Virus record (IMG/VR): IMGVR_UViG_3300045988_102491
Span: 1 to 41,781 of that record
Length of the DNA: 41,781 nucleotides
Direction: 5' to 3' (one strand)
From: a virus
Below are positions 6,818 to 15,280 of the stretch, one piece after another; positions within the stretch are counted from its first letter, which is position 1; each line of letters starts with the position of its first letter. The notes below the pieces were generated by a model, which saw nothing but the letters and a program-made list of their open reading frames with translations, made no database searches and was not told the origin of the DNA. The position numbers were made by a program, and so were the translations under genes.

Positions 6818-7036
6818 TCAGTAAACAATCTTTACAGAAGAAGAAAACATGTTTTGACCGACTGGACCAAACACAGCGTATGCGGTTCCTGTTTGATAGT
6901 CATAAACGGCGGCGGCCTCTTCTTTTCCTACATAACATCCGGCGTCCGCCATGGCTTGGGACAACGTGTTAAAGTCCATTTTCTCGTCGGTTCCGCAGTC
7001 GTCGCTCCAGGTGACAACTTGGTATCTTCTTTGCAT
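6818..7036 (-). CDS. Hypothetical protein (72 aa)
   Basis: RBS GGAGG is present. It lies between the J-domain gene and the GFRW-module gene. Confidence 0.55.
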   Translation of the reverse strand: MQRRYQVVTWSDDCGTDEKMDFNTLSQAMADAGCYVGKEEAAAVYDYQTGTAYAVFGPVGQNMFSSSVKIVY

Positions 7037-7080
7037 TGTTATCCTCCATTGCCCTCGTGACCTCCGGGGCGGGCCGTTGA

Positions 7081-7941
7081 TTATGCGGTTTCGGTAATGG
7101 ATCTGAGGCCCTGCAAGTTGTCCTCAGTGTTCCGGTTGTACCAGCAGCCTTTTTTGCTGTGCCAGCGCCAACCGGCAGACTTCAATGCCGTGCGCACCTG
7201 CTCGGACGGCTTGCCGGGGAAATAGACCTCTACGCCGTTGAAATCCTGGTTGATCTCTACACGGATGGAACCGGTGCTTTCAGCGGGCTTCTTGCTGCTC
7301 TTCGGGGCCTCTACCTTCTTGGCCTTCCGGCTGACGGTGTAGGGCTTGTCCCATTTCCCGACGCCCAAACTATAATAGAAATTGACATCGAAATAGTCGA
7401 TCATGCTGTCGCAGTCGCTCCACCGGTAGGACTTGATGCAGTCGTTGACATCGATCATCACGGCGCGGGCCCAATCGGTCAGGATATCGTCACGCTCAAT
7501 GTAATAATAGTTGACATCGTGGCGGCTGCTGCCATCTTTCAGAGCCTCATAAGGGCCGGACACCATGGAGACAGAAATCTCGCTGCACATGCTTGCATAG
7601 TGGGTAGTAACGGAGAATTTGCAGTCAGGATAAGCCTTCTTGACATATGCGCGGATAGCGGCTGCAATGTCCTTTGTGCTGCGGCCCATCTCGTACCGGC
7701 TGCCCTTCCAGCCGTTGGAGGTGTAAAACTCGCTGCGGGTGCTTTCGGCGGTCTCGTGGGTGGGGGTCTCGGCCTTCTGGTTGTAAGCCAGCTTGTAGAC
7801 AGGGAAGAGGCGGTCGTACTCCGCGTTAATCTCCTGCATGGTGGCGGTGTCTCCGCCGACGTCCGGGTGGTGGATCATGGCCAGGTGGCGATAGGCCTTT
7901 TTCAGATCGTCCAGCGTTGCGATATTCTCAAAATACTTCAT
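7081..7941 (-). CDS. J-domain (DnaJ-like co-chaperone) protein with C-terminal GWRW module
   Basis: Start placed at M8 (MKYFENIATLDDLKKAYRHLAMIHHPDVGGD) with AGGAGG RBS. An HPD tripeptide sits in J-domain context. The C-terminus is VEVYFPGKPSEQVRTALKSAGWRWHSKKGCWYNR. Confidence 0.75.
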   Translation of the reverse strand: MKYFENIATLDDLKKAYRHLAMIHHPDVGGDTATMQEINAEYDRLFPVYKLAYNQKAETPTHETAESTRSEFYTSNGWKGSRYEMGRSTKDIAAAIRAYVKKAYPDCKFSVTTHYASMCSEISVSMVSGPYEALKDGSSRHDVNYYYIERDDILTDWARAVMIDVNDCIKSYRWSDCDSMIDYFDVNFYYSLGVGKWDKPYTVSRKAKKVEAPKSSKKPAESTGSIRVEINQDFNGVEVYFPGKPSEQVRTALKSAGWRWHSKKGCWYNRNTEDNLQGLRSITETA

Positions 7942-7992
7942 GGTGTTGTACCTCCTGGTCATGTGTCGTTGTCCCTTGCGGTGATTCTATGA

Positions 7993-8011
7993 TACACTGT
8001 TTAATAGTGTA
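7993..8011. promoter_or_regulatory. Palindrome TACACT-N7-AGTGTA in the divergent intergenic region
   Basis: tacactgtttaatagtgta, a perfect 6-bp-arm inverted repeat. Confidence 0.45.
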
Positions 8012-8061
8012 CGTCAATAAACAGTTTCAACAATAAGATCGATGGTGATTTGTGCAAGATA

Positions 8062-8080
8062 TACACTATGCAATAGTGCA
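8062..8080. promoter_or_regulatory. Second related palindrome (CACTAT-gca-ATAGTG)
   Basis: tacactatgcaatagtgca. It shares the TACACT...AGTG frame with 7993..8011. Confidence 0.45.
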
Positions 8081-8123
8081 ATATAAGGATACAATAAGAA
8101 TAAAGAATGGAGGGGGGAAAAGG

Positions 8124-8318
8124 ATGATAACTCAGGCCAAAAAGGAAGCGAATAAAGCGTGGGACAAGGCCAACATGACGAACCTTTGTTGTCGTGTACG
8201 CAAAGAGTACGCCGACCGGGTAAGAGCCTGCTGCGCAGCAAACGGGGACACGGTGAACTCGATTTTGAGGGAAGCACTGGACGCTTACCTGGAAGAGAAG
8301 GGAGAGGGTGGAAATTAA
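8124..8318 (+). CDS. Ribbon-helix-helix (Arc/CopG-like) DNA-binding protein
   Basis: Start placed at M25 (MITQAKKEANKAWDKANMTNLCCRVRKEYADRVRACCAANGDTVNSILREALDAYLEE) with GGAGGGGGG RBS. The beta-strand, helix, helix pattern is typical of RHH proteins. Confidence 0.55.
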   Translation: MITQAKKEANKAWDKANMTNLCCRVRKEYADRVRACCAANGDTVNSILREALDAYLEEKGEGGN

Positions 8319-8406
8319 AAAATCATAACTTTTTGAGGGACTTAAAAGGGACGACAATCACATAACGCAAAAGTAAAATTGACCAAAATAAAAAAATTTT
8401 CAAGTG

Positions 8407-8450
8407 CGGTATCTATTGCAACACAATGGATACCGGACTTTTTTATTTTT
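8407..8450 (+). terminator. Intrinsic terminator after the RHH gene
   Basis: cggtatc-t-attg / caat-g-gataccg stem (8407..8435) followed by cttttttatttttt. Confidence 0.7.
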
Positions 8451-8586
8451 TAAGTTTGTCACGTAACGCGGTTTTCCCTCGCACTACTACGATAGAAGCA
8501 GAAGATCACAGGTCAAGGCGCTTCCTGTTCTGCTTCAAATCCTCCCTTATCCCATCTCTATATCTCATTCTTCATCTCCAGAAAAA

Positions 8587-8628
8587 GAGGAGGGGGGCGG
8601 CGGGGGCGGCAAAATAGCCCCCCTCCTC
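8587..8628. other. Perfect 12-bp GC-rich inverted repeat with an 18-nt loop in the long non-coding tract before terS
   Basis: gaggaggggggc (8587..8598) pairs with gcccccctcctc (8617..8628). Confidence 0.8.
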
Positions 8629-8898
8629 CTCTCCCCACATGTCGCCCTTTGCCGCATGAGGCGGGAGGCGGCACCAGTCGAAAGACACAGGCCTGCGGCA
8701 AGCCTGCAAACAATCCGCAAAATACCCGGGGAGCCGGGTATATGTCGCGCGACCGTGTCGGCCTACCATGGGGCTCCGGGTGCGAAGCCTGGGTGCGGCA
8801 GTATCAAACCAGCCGTGCAGGTTTGTATGGGCGGGACTGAGGAGAACGGTGCTACTCTAGTTTTGAGGCGGCCATATAAAGGAAGGAGGCGGTCTGTT

Positions 8899-9414
8899 GT
8901 GGCGCTGACGGCGAAACAAGCGGCTTTTGTCAAAGAGTATCTGGTTGACCTGAACGCGACGCAGGCCGCTATCAGGGCGGGGTATAGCGAGAGATCGGCA
9001 TACAGCATAGGGCAAGAAAACCTGTGTAAACCTGAAATTCAGGCGGCGATACAGGAAGAGGTAAAAAAGCGAAGCGAAAGAACAGAGATCACTGCCGACA
9101 TGGTTCTGCGGGAATTTGCGAAACTTGCTTTTTTTGACCCCAGGAAGCTGTTTGACGAAAACGGAAACCCTAAAGACATATCTGATCTTGACGATAGCAC
9201 GGCAGCCGTAATTGCTGGGCTTGATGTGGTACAGGAGGTTGACCCGGACACAGGAGTAACCAGCTACACAAAGCGGTACAAATTGGCAAGCAAGCAGGCG
9301 GCGCTCGAAAGCCTTGGTAAGCACTTGGCAATGTTCACCGACAAGACCGAGAGCAAGGTTGACGGCGTGATGAAAATTGAGCTGTCCCCGGATCTGGAGG
9401 AGTTGGCGGAATGA
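8899..9414 (+). CDS. terS: Terminase small subunit
   Basis: LTAKQAAFVKEYLVDLNATQAAIRAGYSERSAYSIGQENLCKPEIQAAI is typical of Terminase_2-type TerS. The GTG at 8899 lies 9 nt after GGAAGGAGG. The track ORF opens at 8656 and an alternative ATG at 8827 lacks a good RBS. Confidence 0.8.
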   Translation: MALTAKQAAFVKEYLVDLNATQAAIRAGYSERSAYSIGQENLCKPEIQAAIQEEVKKRSERTEITADMVLREFAKLAFFDPRKLFDENGNPKDISDLDDSTAAVIAGLDVVQEVDPDTGVTSYTKRYKLASKQAALESLGKHLAMFTDKTESKVDGVMKIELSPDLEELAE

Positions 9415-10763
9415 CGATCCAGATTGCGCCGAACCAGAAACAGATTGAGTTCTTCCGGGCGAAAGCGCGGTTTGTGGCCTACGGCGGAGCCCGGGGCGGC
9501 GGCAAGAGCTGGTCAATCCGGCAGAAGGCCCGCTTGCTTGCGATCCGATGGGCAGGAATCAAAATACTGATTCTGCGCCACACTTTCCCCGAACTCCGGG
9601 AAAACCATATCTTGCCGCTAAAGCGGGAGCTATCCGGGATGGCAACATACCGTGAGAGCGACAAGGCGTTTACCTTTACAAATGGCTCCCGTATTGTGTT
9701 TGGATACTGCGCCACGGAGCACGATGTGGACCAGTACCAGGGGCAAGAGTACGACGTTATCTTTCTCGACGAGGCCACGCAGTTTACAGAGTATCAATAC
9801 ATTACGCTGGTGCCCTGTATCCGAGGCGTGAACGAGTTTCCCAAGCGCATGTATCTGACCTGTAACCCGGGCGGCGTGGGCCATGCCTGGGTTAAGCGGC
9901 TCTTTATCGACCGGGACTTTCACAGCGACGAGGACCCGGATGATTATATGTTTATCTCCGCCAAGGCAACGGACAACCCGGAGCTTATGCGGACAAACCC
10001 GGACTATATCAAGATGCTCAACAACCTTCCGCCTGGCCTGCGGGAGGCGTGGAGAGATGGCTCCTGGGATGTGTTTATCGGCCAGTACTTTACGGAGTGG
10101 GACAGAGAGGTCCATGTATGCGCCCCGTTTGAGATCCCTGACTGGTGGCGATGGTACATTACCATGGACTACGGCCTGGACATGCTGGCGGCCTACCTGA
10201 TTGCCGTTGACGATCATGGGCGGGCATATGTGGTACAAGAGGTATACGAGGGCCGGGACTGCGGGCAGGGAGCCGATGGCCTTATCATCAAGGACGCGGC
10301 AGAGCGAGTCAAGCAGCTTGCAGGCGGGCGAAATATCTATGAATATTTGGCACCGCCGGACCTATGGAACCGGCGGCAGGAGACCGGTAAGAGCGTGGCG
10401 GACATCTTTGCAGAGCACGGGGTATATCTGACCAAGACATCCAATGACCGCGTGGCCGGGTGGCTGGCGGTCAAAGAGTGGCTAAAGGTATACGAGGACG
10501 AGCAGGGAATACCAACGGCAAATCTGCGGATCTTTCCCAGGTGCTCCAATCTGATAAGATGCCTGCCACAGCTCCAGTACGACGAAAAGAGGCCGTCAGA
10601 CGTGGCAAACGAGCCGCACGAGCTGACACACGGACCGGACGCAATCCGGGGCTTTTGCGTGTACTGGACCACCAAGGGACAGCCGCCGAAGGCTCAGCCG
10701 AGGCCAAAGCTGACCGAAAAGTACAAACCGGTAAAGACAGGGAGGAGAAGGAATGTTCGGTAA
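9411..10763 (+). CDS. terL: Terminase large subunit
   Basis: 450 aa with Walker A-like YGGARGGGKS and a DE motif (VIFLDEATQF). It overlaps terS by 4 nt. Confidence 0.9.
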   Translation: MTIQIAPNQKQIEFFRAKARFVAYGGARGGGKSWSIRQKARLLAIRWAGIKILILRHTFPELRENHILPLKRELSGMATYRESDKAFTFTNGSRIVFGYCATEHDVDQYQGQEYDVIFLDEATQFTEYQYITLVPCIRGVNEFPKRMYLTCNPGGVGHAWVKRLFIDRDFHSDEDPDDYMFISAKATDNPELMRTNPDYIKMLNNLPPGLREAWRDGSWDVFIGQYFTEWDREVHVCAPFEIPDWWRWYITMDYGLDMLAAYLIAVDDHGRAYVVQEVYEGRDCGQGADGLIIKDAAERVKQLAGGRNIYEYLAPPDLWNRRQETGKSVADIFAEHGVYLTKTSNDRVAGWLAVKEWLKVYEDEQGIPTANLRIFPRCSNLIRCLPQLQYDEKRPSDVANEPHELTHGPDAIRGFCVYWTTKGQPPKAQPRPKLTEKYKPVKTGRRRNVR

Positions 10764-12687
10764 AAAACGGAAAAAGAAAGGGCAAGGCCGCTTTACCGGG
10801 TTCGACTACTCCACCCGGGAAATGAGAGAGCAGACGGTAAGCGAACTGTATGCCAAGGCGAAAAACGCCCGGGCGGCAGTCGAAAACCGATGGGTGCAGT
10901 ACAACGACTATTACAATTTCCTGCACAATGCCACGGCGGAGGTCCGGGAGGCGGTGGAGGAGAGCGGGATCTGCTGGGACCCTGCGGTGGTTCCTGACCC
11001 TTATATTCAGGTGGAGAGCCAGGTGGACCCGGTAGTGCCTGAGCCGGAGTTCCGGGGCCGGGACGATGACCAGGACAGCGTTAAGGCAAAGCAGAGAGAA
11101 TACGCCGTGAAGTTCGTCTGCCAAAATAACCGGCTGGACGATCTCAACACCAGCAATGAGCGCCGCCTGGTGAAGCTGGGGGACGCGTTCTGGAAGGTCT
11201 ATTGGGATGACCAGATGCCGTGCGGGGATCAGATGGGCGATATCCGGATCAGGGATGTACCGGTAGAGGCAATCTATGCGGACCCGACTGCCGGTTCTGA
11301 CGGTATCCAGGCCGGGCAGTTTGTCGATTATGTGTACCGCCTGCACAAGGTGGTATTTTGGCAGATGTACGGCGACGCGCTCAAAAGAGAGGGCCTCGAA
11401 CTGGAGGACGTGCTGGAGAGCGAGTATACCGTGCGCGGCGGTATCTTTGACATGGAGAGCACCATTGAGGAGTCCGACGACACGGTGCAGGTGATCGAGC
11501 ACTGGTTCCGCCATCCGGAGGACGAGGACGGAGCGGAGGCTGGAGACATCGGGTGCAGCATCCAGGCGGGCGGCCATGAAGTAAAGTACATCCCAAAGTA
11601 CTGGCAGCGCACCGGGCTGCAAAACAAGCGATTCCCATTTGTCCATTACTGGCGGGTGCGGAACGAGAACGGTTTTTATAACTGCTCCGAGATCCAGCCA
11701 ATCCTCCCGATGGTGGATGCGGCGGACCGGGAGCTTGCAAACGCGCTGCTCAATGACGCGTTTACCGCAAACGACATCATCTTGCAGGAGGAAAACGCCC
11801 TGGCAGACGGTGAGGAGATGACCAACACGCCGGGCGCGGTGGTCAAGACAAAGCCGAACGCCATTGGAAAGGTGGCCCGCCTGGGAGGGCTCCAGAGCGG
11901 GAAGAACAGCCTCCCAATGATTGAGTGGCTGCTCAGCCAGATCCAGCGCACCAACCGGAACTATGAGACCAACCAGGGCAAGGCCTCCGGCGTCAAGACG
12001 GCCACGGAGCTCTCCATGATGCGGGCCGACGTGGACAGCCAGATGGAGATTAAGAAGGCGGACCGAAACGGCGGTTTTGTCCGGCTCTATGAGCTGATTG
12101 ACTGGTCTGTGCTGGAGTTCTACGAGGACCAGCGGGAAATCTACATTGGAGCGAAAAAGCCGGATGAAAAGCCGGTTTCCTTTACACTGATAACCGACGC
12201 CTTTGACACCGGACGCCCGGCCATCACGGACCCGATCACCGGAGAAATGGTCCAGGAGTCCACGCATTACTGGCCCATGGTGGATGTCACGGTAAACGCC
12301 GGTGACGGTATCATCCGCAGCAAGGCGGCGACGCTCCAGGCCCTCCAGAATCTGGTTGGCGTACAGGTCACACAGGACAATTACAAGCTCATGTCCGCCA
12401 TGGTCGAGGTGCTGGACATCCCGCAGAAACAGGAGATCACGCAGGAGTGGCAAGACCGATTCAGCCCGGCGGTTCCGCCGGAAGTCATCCAGGCGTTGGG
12501 GCAGGACCCGCAGCTCCTCCAGTTGGTCACGCAGGCGGTCGCCGCAAAGCAGATGGCCCAGGGCGCACAGGGTATGCCCGGGGCTCCGATGCAGCAGGGC
12601 GTGGCGACTCAGATGCCGGGCGGCCTGCCGAGCTCCGCACAATTTGATTTGATGGGAGGCGGCGCGAGTGGTGTGCCCGCGATGTAA
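10753..12687 (+). CDS. Portal protein
   Basis: 644 aa, immediately after TerL, with GGGAGGAG RBS. Size and position are typical. It has a Q/G/M-rich C-terminal tail. Confidence 0.75.
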   Translation: MFGKKRKKKGQGRFTGFDYSTREMREQTVSELYAKAKNARAAVENRWVQYNDYYNFLHNATAEVREAVEESGICWDPAVVPDPYIQVESQVDPVVPEPEFRGRDDDQDSVKAKQREYAVKFVCQNNRLDDLNTSNERRLVKLGDAFWKVYWDDQMPCGDQMGDIRIRDVPVEAIYADPTAGSDGIQAGQFVDYVYRLHKVVFWQMYGDALKREGLELEDVLESEYTVRGGIFDMESTIEESDDTVQVIEHWFRHPEDEDGAEAGDIGCSIQAGGHEVKYIPKYWQRTGLQNKRFPFVHYWRVRNENGFYNCSEIQPILPMVDAADRELANALLNDAFTANDIILQEENALADGEEMTNTPGAVVKTKPNAIGKVARLGGLQSGKNSLPMIEWLLSQIQRTNRNYETNQGKASGVKTATELSMMRADVDSQMEIKKADRNGGFVRLYELIDWSVLEFYEDQREIYIGAKKPDEKPVSFTLITDAFDTGRPAITDPITGEMVQESTHYWPMVDVTVNAGDGIIRSKAATLQALQNLVGVQVTQDNYKLMSAMVEVLDIPQKQEITQEWQDRFSPAVPPEVIQALGQDPQLLQLVTQAVAAKQMAQGAQGMPGAPMQQGVATQMPGGLPSSAQFDLMGGGASGVPAM

Positions 12688-12790
12688 GATCGATGCCAAG
12701 GCGACGAGAGACAAAGAGGGGAAAACGGTGCTGACGTGCCGAAATCCCAAGTGTGAGTTCTACAAGCGAATCCTGAAAACTTTGAAATAG
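12668..12790 (+). CDS. Candidate 40-aa zinc-ribbon mini-protein overlapping the portal stop
   Basis: GTG lies 8 nt after GGGAGG. My translation is (M)VCPRCKIDAKATRDKEGKTVLTCRNPKCEFYKRILKTLK, with a CxxC...CxxxxC pattern. It is below the ORF-track size cutoff. Confidence 0.35.
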   Translation: MVCPRCKIDAKATRDKEGKTVLTCRNPKCEFYKRILKTLK

Positions 12791-12829
12791 AATCGCGGCC
12801 GGGGCGGATAACGGCGAAAGGAGCACAGC

Positions 12830-13648
12830 ATGGACGAGTTTGAAAACCAGGTGACCGAAGAGACCGAGCTGGACACCGCTGGTCGTGAGAGTGTCGTGGA
12901 CTCTCAGGAAGAAGATGCGGCCAACACCGAACAGGACCCCGGCGCAGGGGAGAATGCTGACCCCGCAAGTCAGCGCCAGGACGGCAAGCAGTCGCACCAG
13001 GACAACGCCGCTGCCAGGGCGGCACGCATCCGCGCGGAGCAGGAGACCGCAGCGCGGCTCCAGAAGCAGTATGACGAGGAAGTCGCTGGCATGGGGATCA
13101 TCAATCCCTACACCGGAAAGCCGTTCAGCGGCTTCAAGGACTTCCTGGAGTACGGCAAGCGATACCGCGAGGACAAGCTGGAGGAAGAGGCCAAGAAGCA
13201 GGGCAAGACCGTCGAGGAGCTGCGTGAGGAGGAGGAAAACAAGTCCTTCCTTGCCCGCAAGCGAAAAGAGGAGAAAGAGCGGCAGGAGGCCATGAAGGCG
13301 CTGGAACAGCAGAAAGCCTTTGTTGCCGCCGATCTGGACTCCTTTGTGAAAAAGTTCCCCGGCGTGGACCCCGGCAAGCTGGAACAGAACGCCAAGTTCC
13401 GGAAGTTCTCCAAGGGCCGCCTGTACAAGGAGCCCCTCTCGGAGATCTATCAGGACTATCTGGACGTGGTGGGCGACGCGGAGCGGTCCGCCGTGGAGAA
13501 GGCTGCGGCCAGATCTGCGAGGAGCACCGGCGGCGGCCAGAGCGGCGGGGGAGACCTGCTGACGGCAAAGCAGCGGGCGGAGCTGGAGGAATGGAATGCT
13601 GCCAACCCCTCCATGAAGATGACCGCGAAAGAATTTTTGAGTATGTGA
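12830..13648 (+). CDS. Scaffolding protein (putative)
   Basis: 272 aa, highly charged with coiled-coil character (EEEAKKQGKTVEELREEEENKSFLARKRKEEKERQEAMKALEQQK). It lies between the portal and capsid genes. Confidence 0.65.
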   Translation: MDEFENQVTEETELDTAGRESVVDSQEEDAANTEQDPGAGENADPASQRQDGKQSHQDNAAARAARIRAEQETAARLQKQYDEEVAGMGIINPYTGKPFSGFKDFLEYGKRYREDKLEEEAKKQGKTVEELREEEENKSFLARKRKEEKERQEAMKALEQQKAFVAADLDSFVKKFPGVDPGKLEQNAKFRKFSKGRLYKEPLSEIYQDYLDVVGDAERSAVEKAAARSARSTGGGQSGGGDLLTAKQRAELEEWNAANPSMKMTAKEFLSM

Positions 13649-13660
13649 AAGGAGTCATAT

Positions 13661-14299
13661 ATGCATCAGGTAATGGATGTTTCCGGCGCTGTCCTGCACT
13701 CTGAGCGGGAATACGACATTGCGGCGGATACTGCAATCAATGAGGGCCAGGTGGTAAAGCTGGTTGACGGCCTTGTGGTGGCTGCTGCGGCTGGCGAGAC
13801 CGGCGCGGTCCTGGGCATTTCCGCCGAGAGCCATCCCGGCACGGAGGACGCGCTCAATCCCCGGGCCAACGGAAAGAAGATCATCGTCAGGGATGCCCCC
13901 GGCGCCGTGCTTGCTTGCCCCGCCCCCGTCATTGCGGCGCTGACCGGCGGTAATGCCACCACCGTGAAGTTTACCGGCGCGGACGGTGTTGGCGCGGACG
14001 CCTTCAAGGGCGGCTATATTCGGGACAAGACCGGCCATTTGCGCCGGATCACCGGCTCCACCGACACCAGCGGCGCGATTGACCTCACCGTTGAGAGCGG
14101 CGCTGTGGTGGGAGAGGGTGAGACCTTTATCCTGTATCCCCCCATCGGTTTCTCCAAGGGTAATCTGTCCTCCGACGGCACCAAGATCGTCGTGACTGCG
14201 ACTGCCGAGCTGCCCCTGGCTGTGATTGGCCGGGACGAGACCACGAATGAGATTTGGCTGGTGGCCAAGAAGCACGCCCTCGGCCCCGTGACCGCGTAA
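13661..14299 (+). CDS. Capsid-associated protein (decoration/auxiliary head protein?)
   Basis: 212 aa, Ala/Gly/Val-rich, directly upstream of the major capsid gene, with AAAGGAG RBS. The function is inferred from position only. Confidence 0.4.
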   Translation: MHQVMDVSGAVLHSEREYDIAADTAINEGQVVKLVDGLVVAAAAGETGAVLGISAESHPGTEDALNPRANGKKIIVRDAPGAVLACPAPVIAALTGGNATTVKFTGADGVGADAFKGGYIRDKTGHLRRITGSTDTSGAIDLTVESGAVVGEGETFILYPPIGFSKGNLSSDGTKIVVTATAELPLAVIGRDETTNEIWLVAKKHALGPVTA

Positions 14300-14311
14300 G
14301 GAGGTATCAAT

Positions 14312-15274
14312 ATGGGCACGAACGTAAACTCCACCGCCTGGAAGGGCGATAACTATAAGTTTGTAGGCAAGGCCTTTGACTATGCCTACAAGAACCGTAT
14401 GAACAAGTTCCTCTCCATCATGGGCGAGGTCAACTCTAAGTCCATCGACTACGAGATGAACGGAACCGGCGGCTACGGTGAGCTGTCCCTGTACGATGGC
14501 TCCAACCTGAACATGGGAGAGCAGAAGCGCGGCTTCCGCACCATCATCACGCCCCAGGAATACCAGAAGTCCATCGCCGTCGGCTATAAGCAGGCCAAGG
14601 TGGACAAGCTGGGCGAGACCCGCAAGGTCGGCACCCGCCTGGGCGACTCCGCCGCCATGACCGTCTATCTGCGCTGCCTGCGGATGTTCGGCAACGCCTT
14701 CAACCCCAGATACCTGGGCGGCGACGGCCAGCCCTGGGCCAGCACCAAGCACCCTGTGGCCTCCAAGGCGGACCAGAATCGCCGCCGCATTCCCGATCCC
14801 GATTCCGGTACTTACTCCAACCTCATCACCGACGAGCTGAGCGTGGACGCCATCACCAAGGCCCAGTCCATGGCGGGCCGCTTCCTGACTCCTGACGGCC
14901 TGCCCTTCATGTGCGAGATGAACACCGTGCTGGTCTCCCCCGAGCTGGAGGCCACCGCAAAGAAGCTGTTCGGCGAGAACAACAAGCTGCGGCCCCTCCG
15001 CTACCAGGAGGACAACTCCAATGCGGCCAACCCCATCTATGAGGACATGACCTACATGGTGGTGGGCGGCGGCAACGACGGTTTCGGCGCGAAGCAGTGG
15101 GCGGTGTGTGACCGCACCCTCATGCAGGAGGTGTGCAACATCGTATACCTCACCCGGCCCCAGGTGATGAACACCGAGCTGGATAACCCGCTGATCGACC
15201 TGTACACCGCCTACGTGGACTTTGACACCGGCTGGGGCGACGCGCGGCCCATCATCTTCTCCAATCCCAAGTAA
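14312..15274 (+). CDS. Major capsid protein
   Basis: 320 aa with AAGGAGG RBS, followed by a strong terminator. Position and size are typical. It resembles Mu gpT-type / HK97-fold capsid proteins by eye. Confidence 0.75.
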   Translation: MGTNVNSTAWKGDNYKFVGKAFDYAYKNRMNKFLSIMGEVNSKSIDYEMNGTGGYGELSLYDGSNLNMGEQKRGFRTIITPQEYQKSIAVGYKQAKVDKLGETRKVGTRLGDSAAMTVYLRCLRMFGNAFNPRYLGGDGQPWASTKHPVASKADQNRRRIPDPDSGTYSNLITDELSVDAITKAQSMAGRFLTPDGLPFMCEMNTVLVSPELEATAKKLFGENNKLRPLRYQEDNSNAANPIYEDMTYMVVGGGNDGFGAKQWAVCDRTLMQEVCNIVYLTRPQVMNTELDNPLIDLYTAYVDFDTGWGDARPIIFSNPK

Positions 15275-15280
15275 TCCAAA

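Noticed and set aside
8480-8560. tRNA-like element (gcttcaaatcctccc) in the long non-coding tract
   Set aside because: TTCAAATCC is present, but there is no complementary 5' T-stem, acceptor stem or anticodon arm. It is probably a chance resemblance next to an ordinary hairpin.
8656-8898. N-terminal extension of the TerS ORF (track ORF starts at 8656)
   Set aside because: The extension translates to Pro/Arg/Gly/Ala-rich sequence unlike TerS proteins. It lacks an RBS and overlaps dense inverted repeats. A strong GGAAGGAGG precedes the GTG at 8899.
10471-12750. Very long antisense ORF (759 aa) opposite the portal gene, and similar long shadow ORFs: 13655..14752 (-), 16802..17815 (-), 20630..21763 (-), 23182..24126 (-), 7159..7992 (+), 39501..40556 (+), 9630..10238 (-)
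   Set aside because: Each lies antisense to a gene with recognisable function or strong RBS and operon context. Their translations are Arg/His/Pro/Gly/Leu-rich with non-protein character, as expected for stop-poor antisense frames of GC-rich coding DNA. None has a convincing RBS.
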